Of a stretch of 64,000 nucleotides of DNA, positions 15,293-28,276 are shown one piece after another. Where the stretch lies: the NCBI GenBank assembly GCA_051294375.1, contig CM119269.1:19940657-20004656 (forward strand), in the 5' to 3' direction. Source of the stretch: Paraspadella gotoi (Eukaryota > Animalia > Chaetognatha). Both the position numbers and the translations under genes were made by a program. Position 1 is the first letter of the stretch, and each line of letters starts with the position of its first letter. Below the pieces are notes generated by a model, which saw nothing but the letters and a program-made list of their open reading frames with translations, made no database searches and was not told where the DNA came from.

Positions 15293-16426
15293 GCAGAAAG
15301 AGAGAGAGAGAGAGAAAGAGAGAGAATTCGCGCACTTCCGGGAAACGTGAGAAGTCGGCACGCTCGCTAGGGGGGGGCGAAGGCTCGCTGGCAAGTTAAG
15401 TGAAGACTAAGAAGCAGAGTTGAGAATCGGGAGGTGAGTTGATTTTGACGAGGCTTCGATTTGGCTAAGGTAAACTTGGGTGAGAAGAATCGAAATGGGA
15501 AGGGTAGAGCAGAATGAAATTAAATCAAGAGAAATACGCAGAATCAGATTCGATCTCGCGTAGGATCGGGAAAAGACTTATGAGTGCGGAGCGAGGTCAG
15601 TTACGCTGATCTGAAATAAAAAGAAGCTTGTCAGGTAAGTTTTCTGAGCACATGATAGCAAGTTGAACTCGTCTGTCGCGTGGAGGTTTGGGTAATGAAA
15701 GAACGGAAAGAAAACGAGGTCGAAAAAAATTAATTCAATGTAAAAAGAAATTTGTAAAATTAGTCGTTAATTAGCAGTACGAAATAATATTCGGTAACGA
15801 TGGACAATGGCTGATGGAAGGAGAAAATGATATCAGTTAGTATCCGTTAAAGTCGAGTCCCACATGAAAGTAAATACCAAGGCCAGTGGCATACCGAAGG
15901 TGTAGCGGGCGTTTCCCTGGTTCACCCCGCTAATAGGTCGTCAATTAGTCGCGTCTGAGGGTTCAGTGTATTGGCGGGGTGCACCGGGGCCAATACAAAG
16001 GAAACTGAGACGATTATAGTTGATAAAAGAGAAATCGATCGAACGAGAAGCCTAAAGCGGTATATGTCTAATGACTTTGTTTATCGTCGTCGCCGTGGTC
16101 GTCATTGCGTCGTGTACGCAGTTGGTACCGTGTAGATTTATTTTTCACTCTGAATCTGTCGTCTTCCAACTTAAACCGTTTTTGATTTTTAAAAAACCTT
16201 TCCTTTGTTTCCCTTTTTTACTTTCCTTCTTACCTCCTTTCCTCTCGCCCTCCGCGCCATTCCCGCCACGAAACTTACCCGGAATAAAAAACTGTCAACC
16301 TTTCTGGTCTCAAGGGAAAATCGTTAACTCGAGCGCCGCGAAAGGTAATGGCGTTATTTGCTTCCTGAGGCCCTGGGGTTGGGGCAAGTCATTTCTTTTC
16401 TGGCTCTGTCTCTGTCTCGTTTCTCT

Positions 16427-16467
<41 letters not shown>

Positions 16468-16985
16468 TCTTCTCTCTCTCTCTCTCTCTCTCTCGCACTT
16501 GGAGCCGCAAATCCGAACTCGATCGACGCCGGATTCGCAGCGTCAGCGTTTCCGCCACGCTGGGCGCGCCCTCTCTCTCTTTCTCTCGGTCTCTTTATCT
16601 GCTTCATTCTTTCCTTTGCTGTTACCGTTTCTGTCTCACTTTCTCTCTATTTCTGTCTCCTCTCTTTCTCTGTCTTTCTAAACACTATCCCCGTCTATCT
16701 CCTTTCATCTTTCTCGCCCTACCAATTGTGAACCGGTTCTCTCTCTCTCTCTCTCTCTCTTTCTTCTCTCTCTTCTCTCTTGCCTCGTCTCTGCTCTCTA
16801 CCTCGTCTGTAGTGCCCGGGGTCGTCGAGGCGGCGGCCGCGGCGAGGGCGAGGGCGCCGCAAGGCCGACCTCGGGTGGTCAAATAGGTTTAAAAGGCTGA
16901 TTCTAATCGGTTAAGTGGGAAGGAAACCCGATGGAGGCACAAGATGTTGAGAGAGAGAGAGAGAGAGAGAGAGGAGGAGAGAGAC

Positions 16986-17048
<63 letters not shown>

Positions 17049-18349
17049 TAAGTACCATTTTTTGCGGGCTCATACTGTCTTTGAGTTGATTTATTCGCTT
17101 CTCCTGTACCTCTGAGAGTCGGGTTTAAACACAGGAGATTTAAAACTGTCACGAATTGAAAATAATAACTTGTTTGAATAAATAAATGAATATTAAATTT
17201 AAATAAATCGATGACAAAATAAGTAAATGCATATCAATAAGTGATTGATACAAATGATAAATGATGAAACGAGTTAATCATGGGGCTTAACGAAGTCGAA
17301 TGATGAAATCGTGGGAGGTTTCTTCATAATTTGTCGCACTGTAGATCATTTTGACGCCCGGAGAAGACGACGACTACGACTATGACGATTAAGTTAGAAT
17401 CCATATTTATGAGCGAACATTAGTCTTGAAAAGACGGGGGCATATAATTCGTTGGATCGGAAGGGGACATAATTCCGAGGATTTTCATTCGATCTTCATC
17501 AGCGATTTTTTTTTCCCGCCGAATCAAGCGNNNNNNNNNNTTTCTTTATTTTTTATTTTTATTTTTTTGAGTCGCAATCAGCGACCGTATTGGGTAGGAA
17601 TTTTCATTTTTTTAAAATACTATATTTAAGATTTTGTTTTACAATTTCCAAAGAGCTTACTTGATAAATATTTCAAAATTAGCTCTCCGAAAATAAATTT
17701 TAGCAACGCGTAATTTGCCGTTATAATGATTTTTTTTTTTTAAATTTCTACTCATTTTTTCTTGGTTCTTTTCTCCACCCCCTCCTATTTTAGGATGCTT
17801 TTTTAAGCCTCTTCCTCGTAAGAAAAACGATCTTGGGATTTTAATCAAGGAAAGGAAGAGAAATTCATGAGTCGAGCCTTTAATTGCTACTCGACAAAGG
17901 ATCTCCAACGAGACTTATGCAATTTCTCTGCCTTGGCTCTCAGATTAATTTCGATTTTCGATACGCCTTTTTAAATTATCACATTTTGTCTGCTGAGAAC
18001 GAAGTTATTTTTTGTATGTATTTTGTATTAATTTGTCACAATGATCAGAGTGTTGTAAAACAAAACAAAAAAAGTCAAACGATTGCAACGAAATAAAAAA
18101 AATTACAGAAAAATTGACAGAAGTAGGTAACACATGTAGTTATTACTTATGTATATGCTTAAAAATATATTTCTGTTTTTGATCTGCTCATTTCTCTAAC
18201 TTTCTCCCTCTATCCCCAGAGATGGCGCTGCGTCACGACGCCCCTGTCGCGCACGGGGCTGCGTCATCCGTCACGTTGATTACATCTCGGACCCGGGGAC
18301 GTTCAACCCAGGGAGAAGCCAGCGCGCCAGACGGATTCAAACTTAAGTG

Positions 18350-18471
<122 letters not shown>

Positions 18472-18567
18472 GGACAGAAACAAAAAGATAGCGATTAAGT
18501 AAGAAAGCGAGCGAAAGAAGAAGAAAAAGATAGAAGTACTGAGGTAGGTAAAAAAAAGTAGCGCAAT

Positions 18568-18786
18568 TGTGGAACCGACGGCAAAACAAGTTTCAGAGTA
18601 AGAATAATTTATTCTTCAACAAGGTTAAAAACGATAACAGTCAAAAGGCTCAGATGCTAAGTCTATAACAATGGATATTTACAAGGTCAAAGATTGACCA
18701 ATAAGAGAATGAGGGAAATGATCGAGGTAGGTTGGTAAGGACAGTTTTGACCGAGGTTGCGTGTTGTTGTTGTTGTTGCTCCACCA
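18568..18786 (-). repeat. 3' LTR of the Gypsy element
   Basis: tgtgga...gctccacca, near-identical to 23578-23785; adjoined by a purine-rich tract (minus strand ggtggtggggag) at ~18787-18798. Confidence 0.9.
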
Positions 18787-21700
18787 CTCCCCACCACCAA
18801 AAGGCTTCGACCGGATGGGGAGAAAGGCTTGAAGGAGAGTTAAAGGATTGCATCGTCGTTTTCGTCGTCGTCTCCCGGCGGCTGAAGCATCGTCGGAGAG
18901 AATATTAAGGAGACCGGGGATCGATGATGATTGTCGGCGAACGACTTGCGGCATCTGTGGTGGATGCAGCTGGCGGCGCTTCCGTTTCCGGAGGTGGAGG
19001 CGCTGGTGCCGAAACGCGACGCGGGTCGTCCGCGTGGACGTGCTCGTGGCGGATCTGCAGGCGCGACTTCTGTCAGTGACGGCCGGTTGAAGACGATCGA
19101 CAGAAGGATGACTTTCGACGCCGCGTCTGGAATTTTCGATTTAAAAGTTTTTGGTCCTCGCAGTCGCGCACGATGTAAGGGCCGTCGTACGGGGGCTGGA
19201 GCGGCGTTGAGTGACCATCGCGTCTGGATTTATAGACGCCGGTCGGCGTCGGCGAGAGTTTCCGGAACGTGAGGAAGGGCGGCGCCGCGTGCCAAAAGCG
19301 GCGGGCAGAGGTGCCATGAGGGCAACATCAGCTCGAAGACTGTCGAGGATTCGTGAACGAGCGCGGCTCGACATCAGTAGCTGGAACCGGAAGTAGCTCG
19401 CTGGGGAGCGTCAGCGTCTCACCCACGTCAGCTTCAGCGGGAGAGGCGTCGGAATCTTCACGTGGGTTGCGCGGAGGCTCAAAAGAGTCCAGGGAAGTTG
19501 CTGCCAGCCAGTTTTCTCCGGCGGCGTCACAGGCGAGCGCGAAGAGCCGCCTTCAGCGTTCGATGGAGACGTTCTCCATCCCGTTGGATTGGGGGTGGTA
19601 GGTGGTTGTTGTAGAAGGATCGAAACCGGTGACCGCCGCCATCTGGGCGCCACAATTCAGACTGAATTGGGCGCCGCGATTCGGATGGTGACGACGGAAG
19701 GGACGCCGAATTCGGAGACCCAGTTCTGTAAGAAGGCGCGGCGCGCGAGGCGGCGGAGGTGTCGCGGAGCGGCGCCACTTCCGGCCAGCGCGTGAATCGG
19801 TCTATCATCGTTAGGAGATGCGTGTGGCGCGTAGACTGGCACGCGCGACAAGGTCGATGTGTACATGCGGCGAAACGTTTAGACGGGGGTCGATCGAAGT
19901 GTGGAGCGGGCGCGCGCACGTGGTGCTGAGTTTGGAGCGCTGGCCGAGTGTCCGGATGCGCACGCGCAACGTCTGAGGAGACGGAGGCGCAGACGAAGCG
20001 CGTCGTTACAAGTTTCTTTGATGCGCGGATTCCCGATGAGGTTATGGGTGCGTGAAGCGTCGCGACATGATGCGGGACGAGTGGGCGTGCGGGAACCGAA
20101 GTGTGCGCAGACGGGAGCGTCGTGTTGCCAATTGGGGACGCTTTTTGAGGCGGAGCGCCGTGTGAGCGGTCGCTACTGGAGAACGTTGCACATCTCAATC
20201 GTGGCCTGATGCGGGCCGTCATTGCTTCGATTGAAATTGACTTGAAGGCGCACGATGGCGATGACAGTGGCGGAATGTCCTCACGCTCTTTTGTGCTCGT
20301 CGTCGAAATTGGCTCGGGTCGAGTTATAGGGGATTGGTCGACGCTGTGCGGAACTGGCGCGGGTGGTGGCGCTTGTTGCGTGCGGGGAGAGAGGGCCGTC
20401 GGCGACGACTTGTTTGGATTTTCGGAAATGTGACGGTGTCGGAAGTATATTCGGCGATGCCATGCCAACTGGTAGGTCTGTCTCATGGGTGTGGCTTCCG
20501 CCTTTTTCCGTAGCCGGACAGCGAGATATGGTCGCGTGAAGGAAGCGCTGAAAGCGAGCGTACTTCAAGATATGGGCGGAAGTGGCGGATCGAGGCGTGG
20601 GCGGCGAGGAGCTCTTTGTCAAATGGTGGCCATTTGCGTTGGTTGGGTTTCAGTGGCTTTGAATGAAAACCACGAGGGGCTGCCTGGCTGTCGAGCGAGC
20701 TGCTCGAGGATGTGCGGCCGACGCGAGTCGAGTGGGCCGTCGATTCAGTGAGAGGCGAGCGAAGTGAGGGGCGCCGTCAATTGGGTGGACCACAGTATGT
20801 TGAGTCGGCTGAGGGCGGTCCTTGATCGCGCTGGAAACGCGGCGTCTTGAAGGGCCGTCCACATTTAGCGCGCGCGGGTTTTTCCTGCGGAGGACTTCAA
20901 GAGAGGGCTGAGAATGATTGGGTGCGCGTGCGGCGACGAAGCGACGATAATAATTGAAGAGCGCGAAGAGCGTTGGAGTTTTGACGGTGGTGTGCAGTGG
21001 GCCATTGCGCGCAGCGCCTCTACTTTTCGAGGAAGAGGACGTGACGCCATCTTTGTCGACGTTGTAGCCAAGAATTCTAGGCATGGGAAGGCACCGAGAA
21101 AACGCACATTTGCGCGGTTCACGATGAGGCCATTATCGGCGAGGGCGTTTGAAGACGGCGCTTGAGGTCCTCCTGAGTTCTTCGTGAGGAGTGCGTAGCG
21201 ACGAGAGGTCGTCCAAATAAACGAAACGTGGGGAATGCCGCTCAGGACCTGATTCCATCTATCAGCGTTGAAAGTCCTGACCGGCATTCTTTTAACCCCA
21301 GGGCATAAAGCGAGGAACTCATTACGAGGGCCAAATGGTGTAATTTATCAGTTTTGTGCGCGATCTTCCTTCGCAACGGGAGATCTGATGAATCCCTTGC
21401 ATAAGTCGATTTTTGAGAAGACAGTCTTCCCGGCGCGTCGGGTTGAAGTCCATAAGATGGCGGATCGGAGTAGCCGGTCGTCGACGGTGAACGCATTGAG
21501 GCGCCGGTAATCGCCGCATGGACGGAGAGAGCATTCGGGTTCCGAGTAACATGGAGAGGTGACGCCCAAGCAGCGGAAGTGGAGCGCCGTAATCCCGTAG
21601 TTCTAACATCTTTTGGACTCGGCCTTGGGCGGCGGCGAGCTGTTGTGGGGCGAGGCGGGCGAGCGCGGGCGCGAAGAACGGGCGGCACCTTTCGTCAGGA

Positions 21701-23577
21701 ATTATGATGCTCGACGCCGTGCTTTGGCGGCGGCCAGGTTGAAGACGAGTTTGAGAGTTCCGGTCGCTCGTCCCAGAAGCCTGAGTAGGCATCGCGGGAC
21801 GTGTAAAACGCAGGGGGCGGGCGCCGGGCGGATGCGGCGTCGCGAGCATGGCCGCGATGACCATGTAGTCGTCCGAGATCAGGAGAATACGGCGCTGAAT
21901 GATGACGCCAAGATGCTGTTCCATCAAGAAATCAGCACCGGAGATTATGGGTGTGGCGACGTCGGGATGGACGAGATACGGGAAAACTCGTTTCCCGAGT
22001 CGAATCCCCATCTCTTTGATGCCGAAAGTCTCGATGGCCGTTATCGTTGGCGGCGCCGGAGTGGCGGGGCGTTGGCAGCGCAGCGCCGCCGTAACAGCGG
22101 CGGGATTCGCTTCGCGGCGGCCGCGATCTGCGGGCAGAGGGCGGGAACGAGCGTCGCCTCTGAGCCACCGTCGACGAGCCACTCCAGGCCGCGTCAGGGT
22201 CGCGCACGGAGATAGTTTTGAGTCGTTATGGGCCGGGCGGACGCGGGCGGACTAGCGGCGGCGCCGGCGTTGGCATTTGACGGTGCCATGGGGCATGGGA
22301 GGGCCATCACGATTGGTCCCGTGGCATTTTTATAGGCGGCGTTGGCGTTGAAGTGGTAGTGTTAGAAGATTTGTGGTTCGCCGGAGGAGGTTCACGTAGA
22401 GGGGCGGAGACGTGGAGTCAAATTGGCCGGCGTTGCTGCTGCTGCTGACGGCTGAGCTGCTGCGGGCTCGCTGTGGGGAAATGAGGACGTTGCGTGGCGA
22501 CCTCGGGCGCCGGTCGGCGAACTGCATTTGCGTAAGAGATAGGGGGAGCGTCGACGTCGTTTGTCGATCGTTTTCCATCCAGTATGTCATCAATGTACTA
22601 TCGTGGGTACGCGCGTTTATCGAGGTCAGAGGCCGTTCAGAGTTCTAAGTTGGCCGGATGGAAGAAAAAACTCATATCGCGTCTTTGGCGATATCAACGG
22701 GCTTCTTTGTCTTTCTAACGGCGTGTTCCCTAGCGCTCTGTGGGAGGGGTCGGCGCGCAAGGAGTGGCGGCCTTGATGTGATGTTCTCGATGGTAAGGCT
22801 TCGAGGACGGCGTCGATCGTGGAGAAGATGCTGAGAGGAGTGACGCCTTTCAATGACGTCATTTTCAAAAGCTTTTGTGCAGCGCGTCGGTTTGCATCTT
22901 CTCCATAAATATTTTCAAATGGGCGGCCAGGTTTTTGTGGGCGTCGGGACCTTCGTCGATACGCCAAACCTGTGGAATAAGGCGATGGGCGGGAAATTGA
23001 ATTGCGCAGAGAATGTGCGCCTTCTTCCGCCGGCTCGACGACGCCAGTGCGCCGAATTCCACCGCGGTGTGGTCTAGCCACTCTTCAATGTGGTCAGGGT
23101 CGAAAGTCGGTAAGCTTCGGGTTTCGTCTTCTTGTGGGGGCCTCTGAGGAAGGGCGGGGGGGGTGGGCGTCGCCTGTGGAAGCGGCATCGTCGGCGCCAT
23201 TGTTCTTCTGCTGGGAAGGCAGTTCCGTTGACGCAGTGCTTGCGTTCTGCTGATGGAGGATTTTGTCTGTCCGTGAGCGAGGCGAGTCTTTCGTTCATGT
23301 CGTAAAACATTTGAAAAAGTTTTTCGATTTTAGTTTCGAGAGATGTTGCAGATGTCGAGGGGGCGGCGTCGTGGAACGCCTCGTCGTGGCCAGTGCCGTC
23401 GGAATGGGAGGCGTTGCGCGTAGTTACTGGCATTGTTTTTTTCCTCTTCGTCGGGGGCGTTGGGGGACGTAATTTACTTGTCGACGGACATCAAAGGAGA
23501 GAAAAAAAAAATGTGTTATGAGATATTTTGTTTATTTCTTTTTTGTTTTGTTTTGTTTTTCACGGGGCCTCACCACG

Positions 23578-23785
23578 TGTGGACGCAACAAGTTTCAGAG
23601 TAAGAATAATTTATTCTTCAACAAGGTTAAAAACGATAACAGTCAAAAGGCTCAGATGCTAATCTATAACAATGGATATTTACAGCGTCAAAGATTGACC
23701 ATAAAGAGATGAGGGAAATGATCGAGGTAAGTGCGTAAGGACAGTTTTTGACCGAGGTTGCGTGTTGTTGTTGTGTTGCTCCACA
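23578..23785 (-). repeat. 5' LTR of the Gypsy element
   Basis: TG...CA termini with short inverted ends (tgtgga/tccaca), AATAAA on the minus strand, followed after 2 nt by a PBS-like TGGTGAGGCCCCGTG. Confidence 0.9.
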
Positions 23786-24434
23786 GTATACAACTTAGAA
23801 GATATAAACTTAAAGAGCACCAGCTTGGGTAAAATTTTTTTAAGAAGAACCGTTATTTAATTGTTATTTTTTTCATAAAAAAATGATATCTTTTGACCGA
23901 AAATTACAATATTACTATAAAAGTATAAAATGATTAAAGTTAAAGTATAAAAGTTAAATAAAAAATATTACGACAACTTTCAAAAATTCTTATATTTTCT
24001 TAGTCAAAATTAAGAAAAAGTAATAAAATTATTGAAATATGATGACGATGATGATTATTATTATTATTAATAGTTTTTTATATTTTTTACCCACTTATGA
24101 TCAAAATATCGAAATAGAATTATACTTTGTGTAAACAACTTTTTGCAAGCTTCCTGAATCTGATATTAAAAATAAAAAAAATCTTAAAAATTATTTTAGC
24201 GATGAAATAAGTATTTAAAAATAAATATATGGAGTATATAGTATTATTAAAATTTTTTGGTCTATTCAAATTTTTTTTAAAAATGCACAAATTTTCGTTT
24301 GAGCAGGCTCTTAATTCAAATTTCTTAACCACCTTACTGAGTGAGGCAACCCCTATGTATTATACATATAGGGACAAGTACCGTCTAACGTTACCTCATT
24401 TGATATCTGAAAGTATGTACTTTGGACGAGCCGC

Positions 24435-24493
24435 ATAGCTGCTGAGTAAAACAGCAACTATGGGCCATAGTTGCTGTTTTACTCAGCAGCTAT
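24435..24493. repeat. Perfect 29-bp-arm palindrome with 1-nt loop, probable collapsed MITE
   Basis: atagctgctgagtaaaacagcaactatgg-g-ccatagttgctgttttactcagcagctat. Confidence 0.85.
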
Positions 24494-25439
24494 ATGTATA
24501 TCTTTACGTAACGAAGAGTACATAAGAAAATTATAATTTTTTTTTACCTTCCTCCACTTCGTTTGGAAATTTGAAACTCGTTAGTTCGACGGAATTACGG
24601 GGTTGAGTCGCGCGAAAGCGAAAAAACTCGGGAAATGTCATCGATTATGACGAGAGAAGATTTACTGAGNNNNNNNNNNAGAGAGAGAGAGAGAGAGTCA
24701 TCGTCATGAGTTAAGCTGAGAAGGATTAAATTTTTTGACTAATGACACATGAAATCCGATCCATGGCCGACTAATGAGAATAGAGAGGGACGAAGCCATA
24801 GAACGCGACAAGAGGTTTGGCTTTGGCCTCAAGAATTCAGTCTGTTTTTTTTTTATTTGGAACCGTTTTTCTTCGTCGTTTTTGAAACAGAAGAATTGGG
24901 CGAGTTTGCTTCGAGTTGGAAAGATCGCCAATACTTAACTGGTATCGATAAGTTTTTGTGGTTTTTTTGTTTCCTTTGAATTAACCTTTTTAGTTTGCGT
25001 TTTTCAATCGTTCTAAATTCAAAACCTTATGTTATGATAGTCACAGATAAGGGGGAAGAGACAACTTAGATTATTAATATCAGTTTTTAGCAGAGATTCT
25101 TCTAATATAATTCCAAAGCTCCTTTTTGAATTCTTTTAAATTATTCATAGACTATTGAGCACTAGCTAATAAATAAAAATATGTTTGTCTGGTGACTCGA
25201 ATTGACCTCAGTCATTTGGATGACCTTAATCACAAAGATCCCTTTTACGGTGAAGCATAGGATGTCGTCGTCGTCGACTGTCTTCTCTCTTATTTTAATC
25301 AATTAGAATTATTCACATTTTAACATTGTTATGTTTTTTTCTTCCTCAAGCTTCCGTCCGTTTTATTGTTTTGGACTTATGTAAAACGTTGGATATAACG
25401 TACTGAATATACAGAATAATTGTTATGAGTTAGTGATTG

Positions 25440-25595
25440 AACCTAGCAGTCCTTGAGCTTCCAGTCAGGATGTAACACCATGTTACAGCCGGGTTAAGCG
25501 CCACGTCCCTCTTAACTGTTAAGCGACCACCGGACTAGGACCCCCGGATCTTTGGGTTGGGAGGCGAATGACTGGCCTTCTGCACGAATCACCGC
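25440..25595 (-). mobile_element. Degenerate tRNA-derived SINE-like element
   Basis: Minus strand cgtgcagaagg (A-box-like)...tcgcctccca...gatccgggggtcctagtcc (B-box-like) with tRNA-like spacing; GC island in AT-rich surroundings. Confidence 0.4.
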
Positions 25596-26228
25596 AGTAA
25601 ACGGTTGATGGATTTTTGTTTGTAAATACAGCTTTTCGTCTTTTGTTATTGCTTTTTAAGTAGTTAATAAAAAATTAATCAAATTAAACCAACGACTAAC
25701 TTTGACTAGGGTAACTAAACTTTATTGCTTAGTCACGAAAATCTTAATTCAGTTACAGTGGTGTCACAGCAAGTACAAAATTATAGCAAAAGCTAGTGAA
25801 TGTGCTACGGAACGCATCTCGTAGTAACATTTAGATATCAAAAGATATGTATTTAACCGAATAATCATATCAGATCGGAAAGATTCCCAACGTCACATGT
25901 TCACTGTACCCTTGACGAGCTTGTCACCACGACCATTGTACCCTCGATTCGCAAGCCGCAAAAATATCGTGACCTTTTGTAATCGGACCTTTCCAATTTC
26001 CTTCGTCTTGAAGTCGAAAGTAGTAAATTAAGCCAGAGGATAAACTAGAAACGCGCGTCTCCAGTCCGACAGGCTCGCCCGATGATCCCGGAAGCCAACC
26101 AACACTCGAGCTTGGCATGGGATTTCTTCGCCAATACTGAAACTTCCCGAATTCGACTAAAACCGTCACGTGAAAGATGGTGCCCCTTTTCAGAGATTTT
26201 GTGAACGCAGAATTTCTTGTGCCTATAG

Positions 26229-28276
26229 TAGACCTTGCCATATATGAAAAGTTTTGAAATCAAAAAACGAGTATTGTGTAAAAGGTGCCCATACATCATA
26301 TGAATTTTTGAACATTAAAAAAAAAAAAAAATTTACAGTAAATGCTGCCAACTTTGAAAAAAATGAAAAAAAAGGTAAAAAATGGACTTTTTGCTAATAT
26401 TTAAAAAGCTTTATTGCTAGAAGGACGAAACCCCAACTATCTTGTAGAGCGGAAAAATTGACTATGTTACATACCTTGCATTATAAATTAAGTGAATTTT
26501 TTACTAAGTAAACTTTTTTTTTAAAACCTATTGTTTTGGGCAATTTTTGATAAAAATTTTTAAAAATGATATTTTTAACAAAGTTCGTGAAAATTTTGTA
26601 AAAAAATTATGGCGAATTGAATAAAGAAATAATTGCCTTTGTTTTGCTGAAAGAATTTTTAAAAAAAGGATTATCGGTTAAAAAGTTATAATTTTTTAAA
26701 TTAAAAAAATCACTTTCCTTAATAATTATTTTTATTTAATAGGTTTGAACTAAGCTAAAGGGAAAAAGGGAATGCACTTTTCTCAGAGTAAATAAAAAAA
26801 TAGTAAATTCTGATTTGACAATGGGTAACTTTAATATTTTGTCTCACCAGGTCATTAAAGTTTTTTTAAATTTTTTATCATTTTATAATGAAATTATGAC
26901 TTTTAAATAAGGTAGTTTTTAAAATTTTTTTTCTATATAAAATATGAAAATTGAACAAAGTTTTGATAATAAAAATTGATAAAATGAGACAAAAAGAGTG
27001 AAATTATGAAAGTTAAATAACTAGAAAGAGAGTTGCTTGCTGTTGCCGGTCGAGAAGAATAGTGCAAGAAAGAAAATAGTTATTCTATTTTTTTGTTATC
27101 TATTCATGATTTATATAGTTAATAATTAAGTCTATTGTAATAGTCGATTTAGTTTTGAAATAAATATAATTTTTAATTCATCTTCTTGATTTTTTCATTT
27201 CAATACATTTATAGTTGATGAATTTATCAACAAGTCGGATCTATTCTTAAATTAATCAAGCAAGCTTAATATATTTTTCCAAGTCTTTTACAACCTGTGA
27301 TTCAAAATATACTTTACAAATTTTAATTCAACTCAGTTCTGGAGAACTAGCTTGACAAAGGTAATTTATGAAAAAATTAGAATAACTCGTTTTCTTTCTT
27401 TGGCACTCTAGATGATGACTTTTTTTTTCTCGATCGGTAAGCAGCAAGCAACATCTCTCTCCTCAGTTGCTAAACTTTCATTAATTAACTCTTTTTGTTC
27501 TCATTTTATCAATTATTAATCATTTAATCGCTTTTGTCAATTTTTCTTTTTTCTTTTATATAGAAAAAAATTAAAAAAACTACCTTATTTTAAAAGTCAT
27601 AATTCCATTATAAAATGATAAAAATTTAAAAAAAAACTTTAATGACCTGGTGAGCAAAATATTAAAGTTACCCATTGTCAAATCAGAATTTACTATTTTT
27701 TTATTTACTCTGAGAAAAGTGCATTCCCTTTTTCCCTTTAGCCTAGTTCAAACCTATTAAATAAAAATTAATTAAAGGAAAGTGATTTTTTTTTAAATTT
27801 AAAAAAATTATAACTTTTTAATCGAAAATCCTTTTTTAAAAATTCTTTCAGCAAAACAAAGGCAATTATTTCTTTATTCAATTTGCCATAATTTTTTTTA
27901 CAAAATATTTCACAAACATTGTTAAAAATATCATTTTTTAAAAAATTTTATCAAAAATTGCCCAAAACAATAGGTTTTTAAAAAATTTTACTTAGTAAAA
28001 AATTCACTTAATTTATAATGCAAGTATGTAACATAGTCAATTTTTTCCTGCTCTACAAGATAGTTTGGGTTTCGTCCCTGTTGCAATAAAGTTTTTAAAG
28101 ATATTTAGCAAAAAGTCCATTTTTTACCATTTTTTTTCATTTTTTTCAAAGTTGGCAGCATTTACTGTAAATTTTTTTTTGAAAAAAAATGTTCAAAAAA
28201 TTCATATGATGTATGGGCACCTTTTACACAATACTCGTTTTTTGATTTCAAAACTTTTCATATATGGCAAGGTCTA
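26229..28276. mobile_element. Non-autonomous fold-back DNA transposon (hAT-like), 2048 bp, ~870-900 bp inverted arms, 8-bp TSD
   Basis: Termini TAGACCTTGCCA...TGGCAAGGTCTA; GCCTATAG at 26221-26228 and 28277-28284; arms pair inward to ~27095/~27370; no credible ORF. Confidence 0.92.

Larger units (their letters stand above)
18568..23785 (-). mobile_element. Full-length Ty3/Gypsy LTR retrotransposon (~5.2 kb), gag-PR-RT-RNaseH-IN, many frameshifts
   Basis: Paired LTRs; gag LPTFDPDHIEEWL; protease LVDGGSEATLVP and GADFL; RT WASPLHV, LRPCGDYRRLN, FSKIDL, YLDD (21208-21219); integrase HLLTMIDRFTRWPEV and ERLHRTLKAALRAR, in Gypsy domain order. Confidence 0.95.

Noticed and set aside
15886-15998. 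hAT-like start CAGTGGCATACC and a gtattggc...gccaatac hairpin
   Set aside because: No matching second terminus or TSD found.
25455-25610. HDV-like, pistol-like ribozyme or SECIS look-alikes (ggcgaatgactgg; ggttaagcgccacg; atga...tgat)
   Set aside because: The required P1/P3 pseudoknot pairings could not be built; the SECIS-like string is on the wrong strand and pairs poorly.
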